This document shows, in pieces, positions 28,820 through 35,787 of a stretch of 57,378 nucleotides of DNA. The notes under the pieces were generated by a model that had not been told where the DNA came from, did not search any database, and saw nothing but the letters and a program-made list of their open reading frames with translations. Made by a program: the position numbers and the translations under genes. This DNA is from Proteobacteria bacterium UBA6156. GTDB lineage: Bacteria > Pseudomonadota > Alphaproteobacteria > UBA2136 > UBA6156. The DNA is taken from the NCBI GenBank assembly GCA_002422365.1, contig DIUO01000031.1, positions 100,187 through 157,564 of the forward strand, read 5' to 3'. Each line of letters starts with the position of its first letter. The stretch's first letter is position 1.

Positions 28820-29287
28820 TCAGTATTTCTGAAGAATCGTCTTCATTTGCTCGATTTCACGATTCTGTGATTCGATGATCTGTTGGCAGAGGGGCACGAT
28901 ATCCGGGTCCGTGATATTCGCCTCACGACACATGAGAATTGCGCCGGAATGGTGGGGTATCATGGATTTCAGGAATTGCTCATTTCCAACCGCCAGTTGG
29001 CTCCGCATCCCGTAAAAGCTTATGCCGAAGATAATGACCGCAGCCACGATGATCCCAGTATTGACTGAACGGGAAGGGAACATCGAGCGCATGAACAGCA
29101 GCATAACAACAGCCATGGGCGCTACCATCATCAGGGTCATGTAGACGTTGTTGAGATTCAGGTAAAAATGGTCGAGGGTGGCGATCATCGTGTACATGAC
29201 GAGATACATGATAACGAAATCAACGGCCAGTTCGATACCGAAGTGCATGTAGCTTTGCTTCGCCATCTTATGTTCATCGTGTTGCAT
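28820..29287 (-). CDS. DUF305-family membrane-anchored protein (common in copper islands)
   Basis: N-terminal TM helices, then MIPHHSGAILMCREA ... LCQQIIESQNREIEQMK, which matches the DUF305 pattern. Confidence 0.75.
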   Translation of the reverse strand: MQHDEHKMAKQSYMHFGIELAVDFVIMYLVMYTMIATLDHFYLNLNNVYMTLMMVAPMAVVMLLFMRSMFPSRSVNTGIIVAAVIIFGISFYGMRSQLAVGNEQFLKSMIPHHSGAILMCREANITDPDIVPLCQQIIESQNREIEQMKTILQKY

Positions 29288-29655
29288 GATGCTTTCCTTT
29301 CAAGATATGACACCATCTCAAAGTGAGAATTCTTGTGTAAAATATCAATTTGATACCGCAATAAATGTTTCCATTTTGTAGAAAATATCGTCGGCCTTGC
29401 CGGAGGAGAGTTGAAGCCCCATGCGGGGCTTAACCTGTTTGTCGGTGATCTGATGCCGGCCAGGAACCCGTCAAGCCTTTCCCCCAACCTTCCCCCTCCG
29501 GGGTGCAGGCTGGGTGGTCCCCCCTTGGCTTGACTGAACCCTGTCCTGCACCGGGGCGGGGAAACTGGCTCCGCCCAGTTTCCCCGAACCCCTTCAGGCT
29601 CGCCAGGTTAAGCGCCGCTTTTGTGTGGTGCCTTAATCAACAGGAGAGCATTCCC

Positions 29656-31347
29656 ATGACCACCATACAGACCATAGCCCTCAACAAGCTTTTTCCTTCC
29701 AAGGCCAATGTACGCCGGACGGATAGCGGGGAGGGGCTTGCCGAGTTAGCCAACAGCATCGCCGTTCACGGCCTGCGCCAGAATTTGAACGTCAAGGCGA
29801 CCGAAGGCGGCAAGTTTGAGGTAGTGGCGGGTGGGCGGCGGTTCCGTGCCTTGAAGCTGCTGGCGAAGCAGGGTGCGATGCCGAAAAACTTTGAGGTTCC
29901 CTGCAATGTGTTGGGTGAGGGGGATGATGCGGTGGAGATTTCCCTTGTGGAGAATACGATGCGGGTGGCGATGCACCCTGACGACCAGTTTGAGGCTTTC
30001 CAGCAGCTAGTGCAGGCAGGGAAGGGGGTTGAGGAGATTGCGGCCCGTTTCGGGGTGACGCCTTCGGTGGTGGAGCGGCGCTTGAAGCTGGCGAAGGTAT
30101 CCCCCAAGTTGCGGGCGGTATTCCGTGCGGGTGAGTTGACCCTTGACCAGATGATGGCGTTTGCGGTGAGTGACGACCACGAGCAGCAGGAAGAAGCTTT
30201 CAAGAACCTTCAAAGCTGGAACAGCACGCCCCGCGATATTCGGGCGGTGTTGACCCAAGAGGCCGTGCCCCTCTCCCATCCGCTGGCGCGGTTCGTGACC
30301 GAGGCCAGCTATATAGCGGCGGGTGGGGTGATGCAACGCGACCTTTTTGACGAGCAAAACGAGGGCTACATGCCTGACCGTGGGTTAGTGTTGCAACTTG
30401 CCAGCCATAAGCTTGAAGCGGCGGTGAGTATGATTGAGGCCGAGGGCTGGAAATGGGTGAAGGCGGAAATGGAGCGCGACTACTCCACCAACTATGGGCG
30501 CATTCATCCCACCTATGAGGAAAACGAAGAAGGGGAGCGGGTGCCGCTGTACGACGAGGACGACAAGGCCCGTGGCGGAGCCATCATCCGCATAGGCCAC
30601 GAGGGCGAACTGGACGTGACTAGGGGGCTTGTCCATCCTGACGATGTGAAGGCCATTAGCAGGGAGCCGGAAGAAGGCGAGAGCGCCCCCAAGGAGGCTG
30701 CAACCATTCCGGCCTCGGTCATTCGGGAACTGTCGGCACACCGTACCGCCGCCATCCGCCTTGCCATGGCGGAAAACCCCCAAGTTGCCTTGGCGGCAAC
30801 CGTTCACGCCGTAGCCCTGCCGCTGTTTGGCAATCACGGCTATCACACCAGCCTAGACATAACCCTAAGAAGCCAGCGCGTGGCCGACATGGTGACGGTG
30901 AAAGCGGATTGCAAGGCACATGAGGCCATGGCTGACCATGCCGCCTATTGGGGGGAGCGCCTTCCCAGCCATCCGGCGGACTTGTTCGCATGGTGTCTTG
31001 AGCAACCGCAAGACGTGCTGTTGGCGCTTCTCGCCTATTGCACGGCCTCCAGCGTGAACGCTGTGCAAGACAAGTTCGACAATGGCAATTCTCCACGCCT
31101 CGCCCATGCCTCCGTCTTGGCGGAGTTCCTTGCATTAGATATGGCCTCCCAATGGCAACCGAGCGTTGAGGGCTTTTACAACAAGCTGTCCAAAGCCGCC
31201 TTGTTGATGCTGGCAAAGGATGCCGGAGCAACCTTGAGCCTTGTTGTGGGGAATGTGAAGAAGCTGGAAGCCGCCCGCGATGTGATGCAGGCCATTGCCC
31301 AGACCAACTGGCTCCCGCAGATTTTCCGCAACGCGGAGGCCCGTTAA
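29656..31347 (+). CDS. ParB/Srx-superfamily N-terminal domain protein (ICE/plasmid ParB-like)
   Basis: ATG 29656 follows CAGGAGAG. The product shows IALNKLFPSKANVRRTD, LAELANSIAVHGLRQNLNV and FEVVAGGRRFRALKLL (ParB box), followed by a long C-terminal extension. The ORF-track start at 29503 is rejected. Confidence 0.8.
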   Translation: MTTIQTIALNKLFPSKANVRRTDSGEGLAELANSIAVHGLRQNLNVKATEGGKFEVVAGGRRFRALKLLAKQGAMPKNFEVPCNVLGEGDDAVEISLVENTMRVAMHPDDQFEAFQQLVQAGKGVEEIAARFGVTPSVVERRLKLAKVSPKLRAVFRAGELTLDQMMAFAVSDDHEQQEEAFKNLQSWNSTPRDIRAVLTQEAVPLSHPLARFVTEASYIAAGGVMQRDLFDEQNEGYMPDRGLVLQLASHKLEAAVSMIEAEGWKWVKAEMERDYSTNYGRIHPTYEENEEGERVPLYDEDDKARGGAIIRIGHEGELDVTRGLVHPDDVKAISREPEEGESAPKEAATIPASVIRELSAHRTAAIRLAMAENPQVALAATVHAVALPLFGNHGYHTSLDITLRSQRVADMVTVKADCKAHEAMADHAAYWGERLPSHPADLFAWCLEQPQDVLLALLAYCTASSVNAVQDKFDNGNSPRLAHASVLAEFLALDMASQWQPSVEGFYNKLSKAALLMLAKDAGATLSLVVGNVKKLEAARDVMQAIAQTNWLPQIFRNAEAR

Positions 31348-31790
31348 TGAAGACCATGGAGCAACTAGCGCAGGACTTGCGCCAAGACTTTGAGCGGCGT
31401 GAACGGGATAACGGGGAGGGGTTTTATTGCCTCCCCGATGTCGAACATCCGGCCAAGCCCATGGTGTACGAAGCCCATGACGGGGAGTGGGCCAATGATT
31501 TCGTATATGAAGCCATTGTGGACACTCTCGACAACATCGCAGGCGGGGCAGGGGAGGACGATTGCGCCCCTGCCGCCGATGTCTACCACAGCCGCCTGCT
31601 GGACTGGGTAGGGGAGAACCTCTACCGGATGGCGTATGTGGATGAAGCGATGAAAGAGTGGGGAGCCAAAACCCTTTCAGAGGCCCTAATATGGGGCCAA
31701 GCGCGACAACTGGAGCATATCGCCCGCACCGTTTGGAACTATCTGGAGGAAGCCTGCAATTCTCAACCCCTCAGCATGGAGGGCGCTTAA
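31347..31790 (+). CDS. Hypothetical acidic 147-aa protein (ICE accessory)
   Basis: Coupled to the ParB-like gene by a TAATG overlap. It is Asp/Glu-rich and I recognise no family. Confidence 0.55.
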   Translation: MKTMEQLAQDLRQDFERRERDNGEGFYCLPDVEHPAKPMVYEAHDGEWANDFVYEAIVDTLDNIAGGAGEDDCAPAADVYHSRLLDWVGENLYRMAYVDEAMKEWGAKTLSEALIWGQARQLEHIARTVWNYLEEACNSQPLSMEGA

Positions 31791-32036
31791 ATGAGAGCCG
31801 GAAGCTGGACTTCCTTTGAGAAGAAGTTTGAACCCCAGCCCGCCCCCTCCCATGATTTTATATGGGAGAAGTGGGAGATGCCGAAAGACGTGGATTGGAA
31901 TTACTGGTGGACAATGGTTGAAGGCGAAAATGGGCGCTGGTATGCCGCCCCCGGCTTTCACTTCGTCAACCGCATCGGCTACATCAACACTCGCCAAAAA
32001 TGGACGGATGATATGAGGGATTACCTTTACGACTAA
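31791..32036 (+). CDS. Hypothetical 81-aa Trp-rich protein (ICE accessory)
   Basis: ATG directly follows the upstream TAA. A terminator follows the ORF. Confidence 0.5.
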   Translation: MRAGSWTSFEKKFEPQPAPSHDFIWEKWEMPKDVDWNYWWTMVEGENGRWYAAPGFHFVNRIGYINTRQKWTDDMRDYLYD

Positions 32037-32060
32037 AAAAGGCACCCATAGGGTGCTTTT
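32035..32060. terminator. Bidirectional terminator hairpin
   Basis: AAAAAAG-GCACCC-ATA-GGGTGC-TTTT lies between convergent genes. The T-run overlaps the alpA-like stop. Confidence 0.6.
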
Positions 32061-32265
32061 AAGTGGGTAGCTCTTTCAAACTCTCTAACCAGAGATTGAA
32101 AGCCTCCCTATCAAGGTAAATTCTCCCGCCAACCCTCACAATCGCCACTTTCAATCCATTCTTATCCGAGTTGTAAACCCACCAGCGGAGCTTGCCTTCG
32201 GTAAAAATGGGGGCCGCTTCGGCGGCCAGTTGTTTAATTGTGCGAAGGTTTTTGAAATCTACCAT
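32059..32265 (-). CDS. AlpA/excisionase-family small HTH DNA-binding protein
   Basis: 68 aa, reading TIKQLAAEAAPIFTEGKLRWWVYNSDKNGLKVAIVRVGGRIYLDREAFNLWL. This is the HTH_17/Xis-like pattern. It is the last gene before the tRNA boundary. Confidence 0.7.
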   Translation of the reverse strand: MVDFKNLRTIKQLAAEAAPIFTEGKLRWWVYNSDKNGLKVAIVRVGGRIYLDREAFNLWLESLKELPT

Positions 32266-32574
32266 GTGTCTCTCCCAGTTCTCGATTCTAAATACTCAAT
32301 ACAATGTGTTTGTAATCTTCCCCGTCTTCAAATTCCAAGCAACGAAAAGATAAGGTAAAAGCCAAATTTACCGCTTAAACGGAGCCAATCGGCTTGTTGA
32401 TAAGTCCGAAATCTGCCGATTTTCTATAAACTTATTACTCAAACTGTTGGAAATGTTGTTCAGTTTGAAATTTTTCCAAAGTCATACCTCATACTTATAA
32501 AACCAATAAAAACCAACAAAAGAGCCGCGATGTCAGAAACGGCTAAAAGCCCAAGAGCTTTTAACAAACCCTTT

Positions 32575-32613
32575 TTGGTACCTTTTTAGGCATTGGTACC
32601 TAATTTGGTACCT
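32575..32613 (+). repeat. Three direct TTGGTACCT repeats (candidate recombinase/Xis arm-type sites)
   Basis: Copies at 32575-32583, 32593-32601 and 32605-32613, within the AT-rich non-coding stretch 60-100 nt from the tRNA-Arg 3' end. Confidence 0.45.
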
Positions 32614-32627
32614 GTTAGCGATTTGAG

Positions 32628-32661
32628 ACAAAAAATGGGGTTTAGGAAACTCCTAAACCCC
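32628..32661 (-). terminator. Rho-independent terminator downstream of tRNA-Arg
   Basis: On the minus strand, GGGGTTTAGGA-GTT-TCCTAAACCCC is followed by ATTTTTTG. It begins 10 nt after the tRNA CCA end. Confidence 0.6.
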
Positions 32662-32670
32662 TGTAATTCT

Positions 32671-32747
32671 TGGCGCGCCCGAAGAGATTCGAACTCCTGA
32701 CCCTCAGATTCGTAGTCTGATACTCTATCCAGCTGAGCTACGGGCGC
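32671..32747 (-). tRNA. tRNA-Arg (anticodon ACG), CCA encoded
   Basis: The reverse complement is GCGCCCGTAGCTCAGCTGGATAGAGTATCAGACTACGAATCTGAGGGTCAGGAGTTCGAATCTCTTCGGGCGCGCCA. It folds as a cloverleaf with a 7-bp acceptor stem, the anticodon loop CT-ACG-AA and the T-loop GTTCGAATC. Confidence 0.9.
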
Positions 32748-32806
32748 GTTGAGGTGGGAGTATCAAACCCTTTTACCTGCGTCAAGCGTTTCTGTATGAT
32801 ACCGCC

Positions 32807-33454
32807 ATGAAGAAACCCCAAAAAGCTGCGGCGCCTGCCGCCGAAGTGCGTGAGCTGAATGCCGTTAACTGGGCTGTGACCAACCCTTTTGCGTTGATTA
32901 TGGCCGGATTGTTGACCATGTGGGGTGGGGCGGCGGTGGGGCAGGTGGTGGCGCCCACGCTGGCGCTTTTTGTGCTGGCCGTGTTGCTGGCGCTGCTGAC
33001 CGTGATTGACATTAAACACGGCATTTTGCCGCATGCGCTGACGGGAACGCTGGTGGCCCTGGGGGTTATGCTGGCGCCGATATTTGGCCGTGGCTATGGC
33101 GAAGCGTTGATGGCTGGGGGCTTAGCCTTTGGCGGATTGCTGCTGTGTGCAGGCCTGACGCGGCTGGCCACGGGCAAAGAGGCGCTGGGGGGAGGCGACC
33201 TGTGGCTGGTGCTGGGGCTTGGGGTGTGGATGGGCGCGGCTGCGTTGCCGATGTTTGTGATGATGGTGGCGGTGTTGGGGGCGCTGAGTGTGGCCTTGAA
33301 GCGATGGTTGACCCAAGGTTACCCGGTGTTGACCGAGCATGAGGCGCAGCGCTTTGCCTTTGGCCCGGCGCTGTGCGGGGCTGGGTGGCTGGCGGTGCTG
33401 TATGGAGATGCTTATTGGCGGGCGATTGATATGCTTATGCTTTTGGCAGCATAA
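32807..33454 (+). CDS. Prepilin peptidase (A24 family, CpaA-like)
   Basis: Polytopic membrane protein with the two catalytic Asp contexts LTVIDIKHGILP and GGGDLWLVLGLG. Confidence 0.75.
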   Translation: MKKPQKAAAPAAEVRELNAVNWAVTNPFALIMAGLLTMWGGAAVGQVVAPTLALFVLAVLLALLTVIDIKHGILPHALTGTLVALGVMLAPIFGRGYGEALMAGGLAFGGLLLCAGLTRLATGKEALGGGDLWLVLGLGVWMGAAALPMFVMMVAVLGALSVALKRWLTQGYPVLTEHEAQRFAFGPALCGAGWLAVLYGDAYWRAIDMLMLLAA

Positions 33455-33492
33455 TTGCTTTTACAAAGCCTTGGCCGTAGGGTGGCAGCCTT

Positions 33493-34188
33493 ATGAATGC
33501 CCTGCTTGACCGTGTGAAGCCGTTGCTGGACGCCCTGGAAGGGCTGGATGTGCGTTTGGTGGGGGGGGCGGTGCGCGCCTGGTTGCGCAAAGACCCGTTA
33601 ACCAGCGTGGAAATTGACCTGGCGGTGGCTGCCCTGCCGGAGGATGTGGAAAAAGCGTTGCACGCCGCCGGGATTGTGACCACCGACGAGGGGAAGCGCT
33701 GGGGCACCGTAACCGCCCACCTGAACGGTGTGGCGTATGAACTGACCTGCTTGCGGACGGATAAGTATTTGCCGGGTTCGCGCTACCCCAGCGTGGCCTT
33801 TGGGGTGGACTGGGAAACCGACGCCGCGCGGCGCGATTTTAGCTTTAATGCCCTTTATTTAGGGCCGGATGAGGTGCTTTATGACCCCTTTGGCGGTGCG
33901 GAAGACCTTAAAAACGGCATTGTGCGCTTTATAGGTGACCCCGAAAAGCGGCTGGCGGAAGACCCGTTGCGGATGTACCGTTTTTGGCGGTTTTGCGCCT
34001 ATTACGGCATGGGGGGCGTGACGCCGGAAGTGCTGGAGTGTTGCCGGAATGCGTTGCCGGGTGTGGTTTCGGCATCGCGCAGCCGCAGGGCTGAGGAATG
34101 GCGGAAGATTATGGAGGCGCCGCAGGGGCCAAGTGTGCTGGCGGAGATGGAGCGGCAGGGGCTGGCGGATGGGATGCGGGTGGAGTAG
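33493..34188 (+). CDS. Short (231-aa) tRNA nucleotidyltransferase / poly(A) polymerase family protein
   Basis: Head-domain motifs VRLVGGAVRAWL ... EIDLAV and RRDFSFNALY, and ED...R in the neck. It lacks the long C-terminal body/tail typical of roughly 400-aa CCA-adding enzymes. Confidence 0.7.
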   Translation: MNALLDRVKPLLDALEGLDVRLVGGAVRAWLRKDPLTSVEIDLAVAALPEDVEKALHAAGIVTTDEGKRWGTVTAHLNGVAYELTCLRTDKYLPGSRYPSVAFGVDWETDAARRDFSFNALYLGPDEVLYDPFGGAEDLKNGIVRFIGDPEKRLAEDPLRMYRFWRFCAYYGMGGVTPEVLECCRNALPGVVSASRSRRAEEWRKIMEAPQGPSVLAEMERQGLADGMRVE

Positions 34189-34260
34189 GTTTTGGGCGTT
34201 GGGTGGGGGCGGATTTACGGGGCGTGCTTTGGGTTAAACTGTGTAATTTCAATAAATTCG

Positions 34261-34350
34261 TGCTGGTATTTTCGAGATCCCGGATACGGGCGGGGGCCCC
34301 ACATTTGTTCCAAATGTGACCCCGCCGCGTTCCGGGAAACGGTGCTGGAA
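34261..34350 (+). repeat. Structured dispersed repeat, copy A
   Basis: TGCTGGTATTTTCGAGATCCCGGATACGGGCGGGGGCCCCACATTTGTTCCAAATGTGACCCCGCCGCGTTCCGGGAAACGGTGCTGGAAG aligns along its length with copy B at 35511-35598. Confidence 0.7.
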
Positions 34351-34376
34351 GGGGATGGGATTGATATTTTTGAATG

Positions 34377-34415
34377 CCCAACGCCGGCCCCTTGTGGAGG
34401 GGGGCCGGCGTTGGG
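34377..34415. terminator. Strong GC-rich hairpin (15-bp stem) next to the SleB-like gene 3' end
   Basis: CCCAACGCCGGCCCC-TTGTGGAGG-GGGGCCGGCGTTGGG followed by TTT on the plus strand. It lies 6 nt from the minus-strand stop at 34421. Confidence 0.55.
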
Positions 34416-34420
34416 TTTCG

Positions 34421-35191
34421 TTACTGGGCGGCGAGGATGAGCTTGGCGAGCTCGTCTTTCCTCTCCGCCGGGCGGGGCAGGGGGCGGGGGGCCCGCCGGG
34501 GTAGCTTGACGCCATCCATGCGGTCCGCCTTTAGTGAGGCGGCGAGCGCCTGGGCGGAGCGGCATGCTGCACGCTCCTCCGCAGTCTCGACCGCAGCGTA
34601 GAAGAGGTGGTACGTGTCGGTCTTCATTTTGACCAACTCGCAGGTTTCCACCCCCTTTTTGGCCCAGCGGGGCGAGACGTAAGGCGCGTGATAGTTCATC
34701 GCGCCTTCGGTCAGCTCTCCGTGACGGTGGGCGGCGAGGATCTCGAAGGAGATCTTGCCCGCCGCCCGCCAGTCGGGGTGCCGCTTGTCCGGGGCCGGGC
34801 GGTTGTCGAAGATGTAGCTGTACATAGCTACCTTCTTGCCGTCCGACCGTTTCCTCACCTCGTTTACGACACCGCAGACGGTGTCGGGATATGACGGAGA
34901 ATCGACGCGCGTCATGATGTTGCGCGCGATTTCTCGCATATCCTTCTCGTTGCGGCGCTGCGGCTCCCAGTACAGGGTGAGCTGCATGCAGGCCACTTCT
35001 TTGAGGAGCGCCTCGCGGCGGGCTTCGAAAGCGGCTTGCTCGCGGGCCTCGACGTACTCCTGGTAGCGCTGATGGATGTTCAGCGCTGCGAGGAGGAGGA
35101 GGGTGCCCACGATGAGGGCGGTGAGGAATTCTCCTCCCCAGAAGGCCTGACGGCGGGTGGGGAGGTACGACTTGTTACGCAGGTTACGCAT
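34421..35191 (-). CDS. Cell-wall hydrolase, SleB/Hydrolase_2 family, membrane-anchored
   Basis: N-terminal TM helix (FLTALIVGTLLLLAAL), then LTLYWEPQRRNEKDMREIARNIMTRV ... PDTVCGVV ... MNYHAPYVSPRWA, typical of the SleB-like domain. Confidence 0.75.
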   Translation of the reverse strand: MRNLRNKSYLPTRRQAFWGGEFLTALIVGTLLLLAALNIHQRYQEYVEAREQAAFEARREALLKEVACMQLTLYWEPQRRNEKDMREIARNIMTRVDSPSYPDTVCGVVNEVRKRSDGKKVAMYSYIFDNRPAPDKRHPDWRAAGKISFEILAAHRHGELTEGAMNYHAPYVSPRWAKKGVETCELVKMKTDTYHLFYAAVETAEERAACRSAQALAASLKADRMDGVKLPRRAPRPLPRPAERKDELAKLILAAQ

Positions 35192-35510
35192 TTCCCAAAA
35201 CTCCTTACACGTTGGGAAATCAAAAAAAAGACATGGTGTCGCCTATCCGCAAACATACGGAACCGACATCATGTCGGTTTTTAGCTTAAGGACTTATATG
35301 GGGCAGCGCGAAGGGTTTGGGAAGGGGGCTGACAGGGGGATTTATTTTGTATTTACAGGAAGTACTGGGGATGGTTGGGGGTGGTGCCGGGACGGTGATA
35401 TCGGGACAAAATGGGATTTTGTCTCCGATATCATCCGCCTGGCACGGTGGCAGAATTGAGGCTCTGGAATTCCTTTGTGGGCTTGGGTGTGAATAGTTTG
35501 GTTGTTTGTG

Positions 35511-35598
35511 CTTGTATATTCGAGATCCCGGGTCTGGGCGGGGGCCCGCGATTTCTTTGAAATCGGCAGCCCGCCGCAGCCTGGGAAACGTGCTGGGG
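35511..35598 (+). repeat. Structured dispersed repeat, copy B
   Basis: TGCTTGTATATTCGAGATCCCGGGTCTGGGCGGGGGCCCGCGATTTCTTTGAAATCGGCAGCCCGCCGCAGCCTGGGAAACGTGCTGGGGA has the same three-tier hairpin as copy A, with a different but still complementary apical stem. Confidence 0.7.
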
Positions 35599-35611
35599 AG
35601 AGAGTTTACAG

Positions 35612-35787
35612 TAAAGCTGTTTAAATAATAAATTGCAGTGCCTGCAAGCCTGCGGGCGGGCTAAAAAGGCATCTGGATTGCGTCGGCAAAACAGGAAAAG
35701 AGGGCCACTCTTACCCTGTTTTCCCACCACAACCAGCTGCCTTTTTATCTCCGCCATGCACCGCAATTTATTATTTAAACAGCTTTA
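35612..35787. repeat. 176-bp element bounded by 25-bp perfect inverted repeats (MITE-like or long hairpin)
   Basis: TAAAGCTGTTTAAATAATAAATTGC (35612-35636) and its exact reverse complement GCAATTTATTATTTAAACAGCTTTA (35763-35787). The right arm contains the gltX stop codon. Confidence 0.7.

Noticed and set aside
35431-35766. A 111-aa minus-strand ORF lies in the SleB-gltX intergenic region, and small ORFs lie in 34098-34601.
   Set aside because: They are built from the structured repeat copies and the inverted-repeat element, have no RBS and have an implausible composition. The region is better explained as repeat-filled non-coding DNA.
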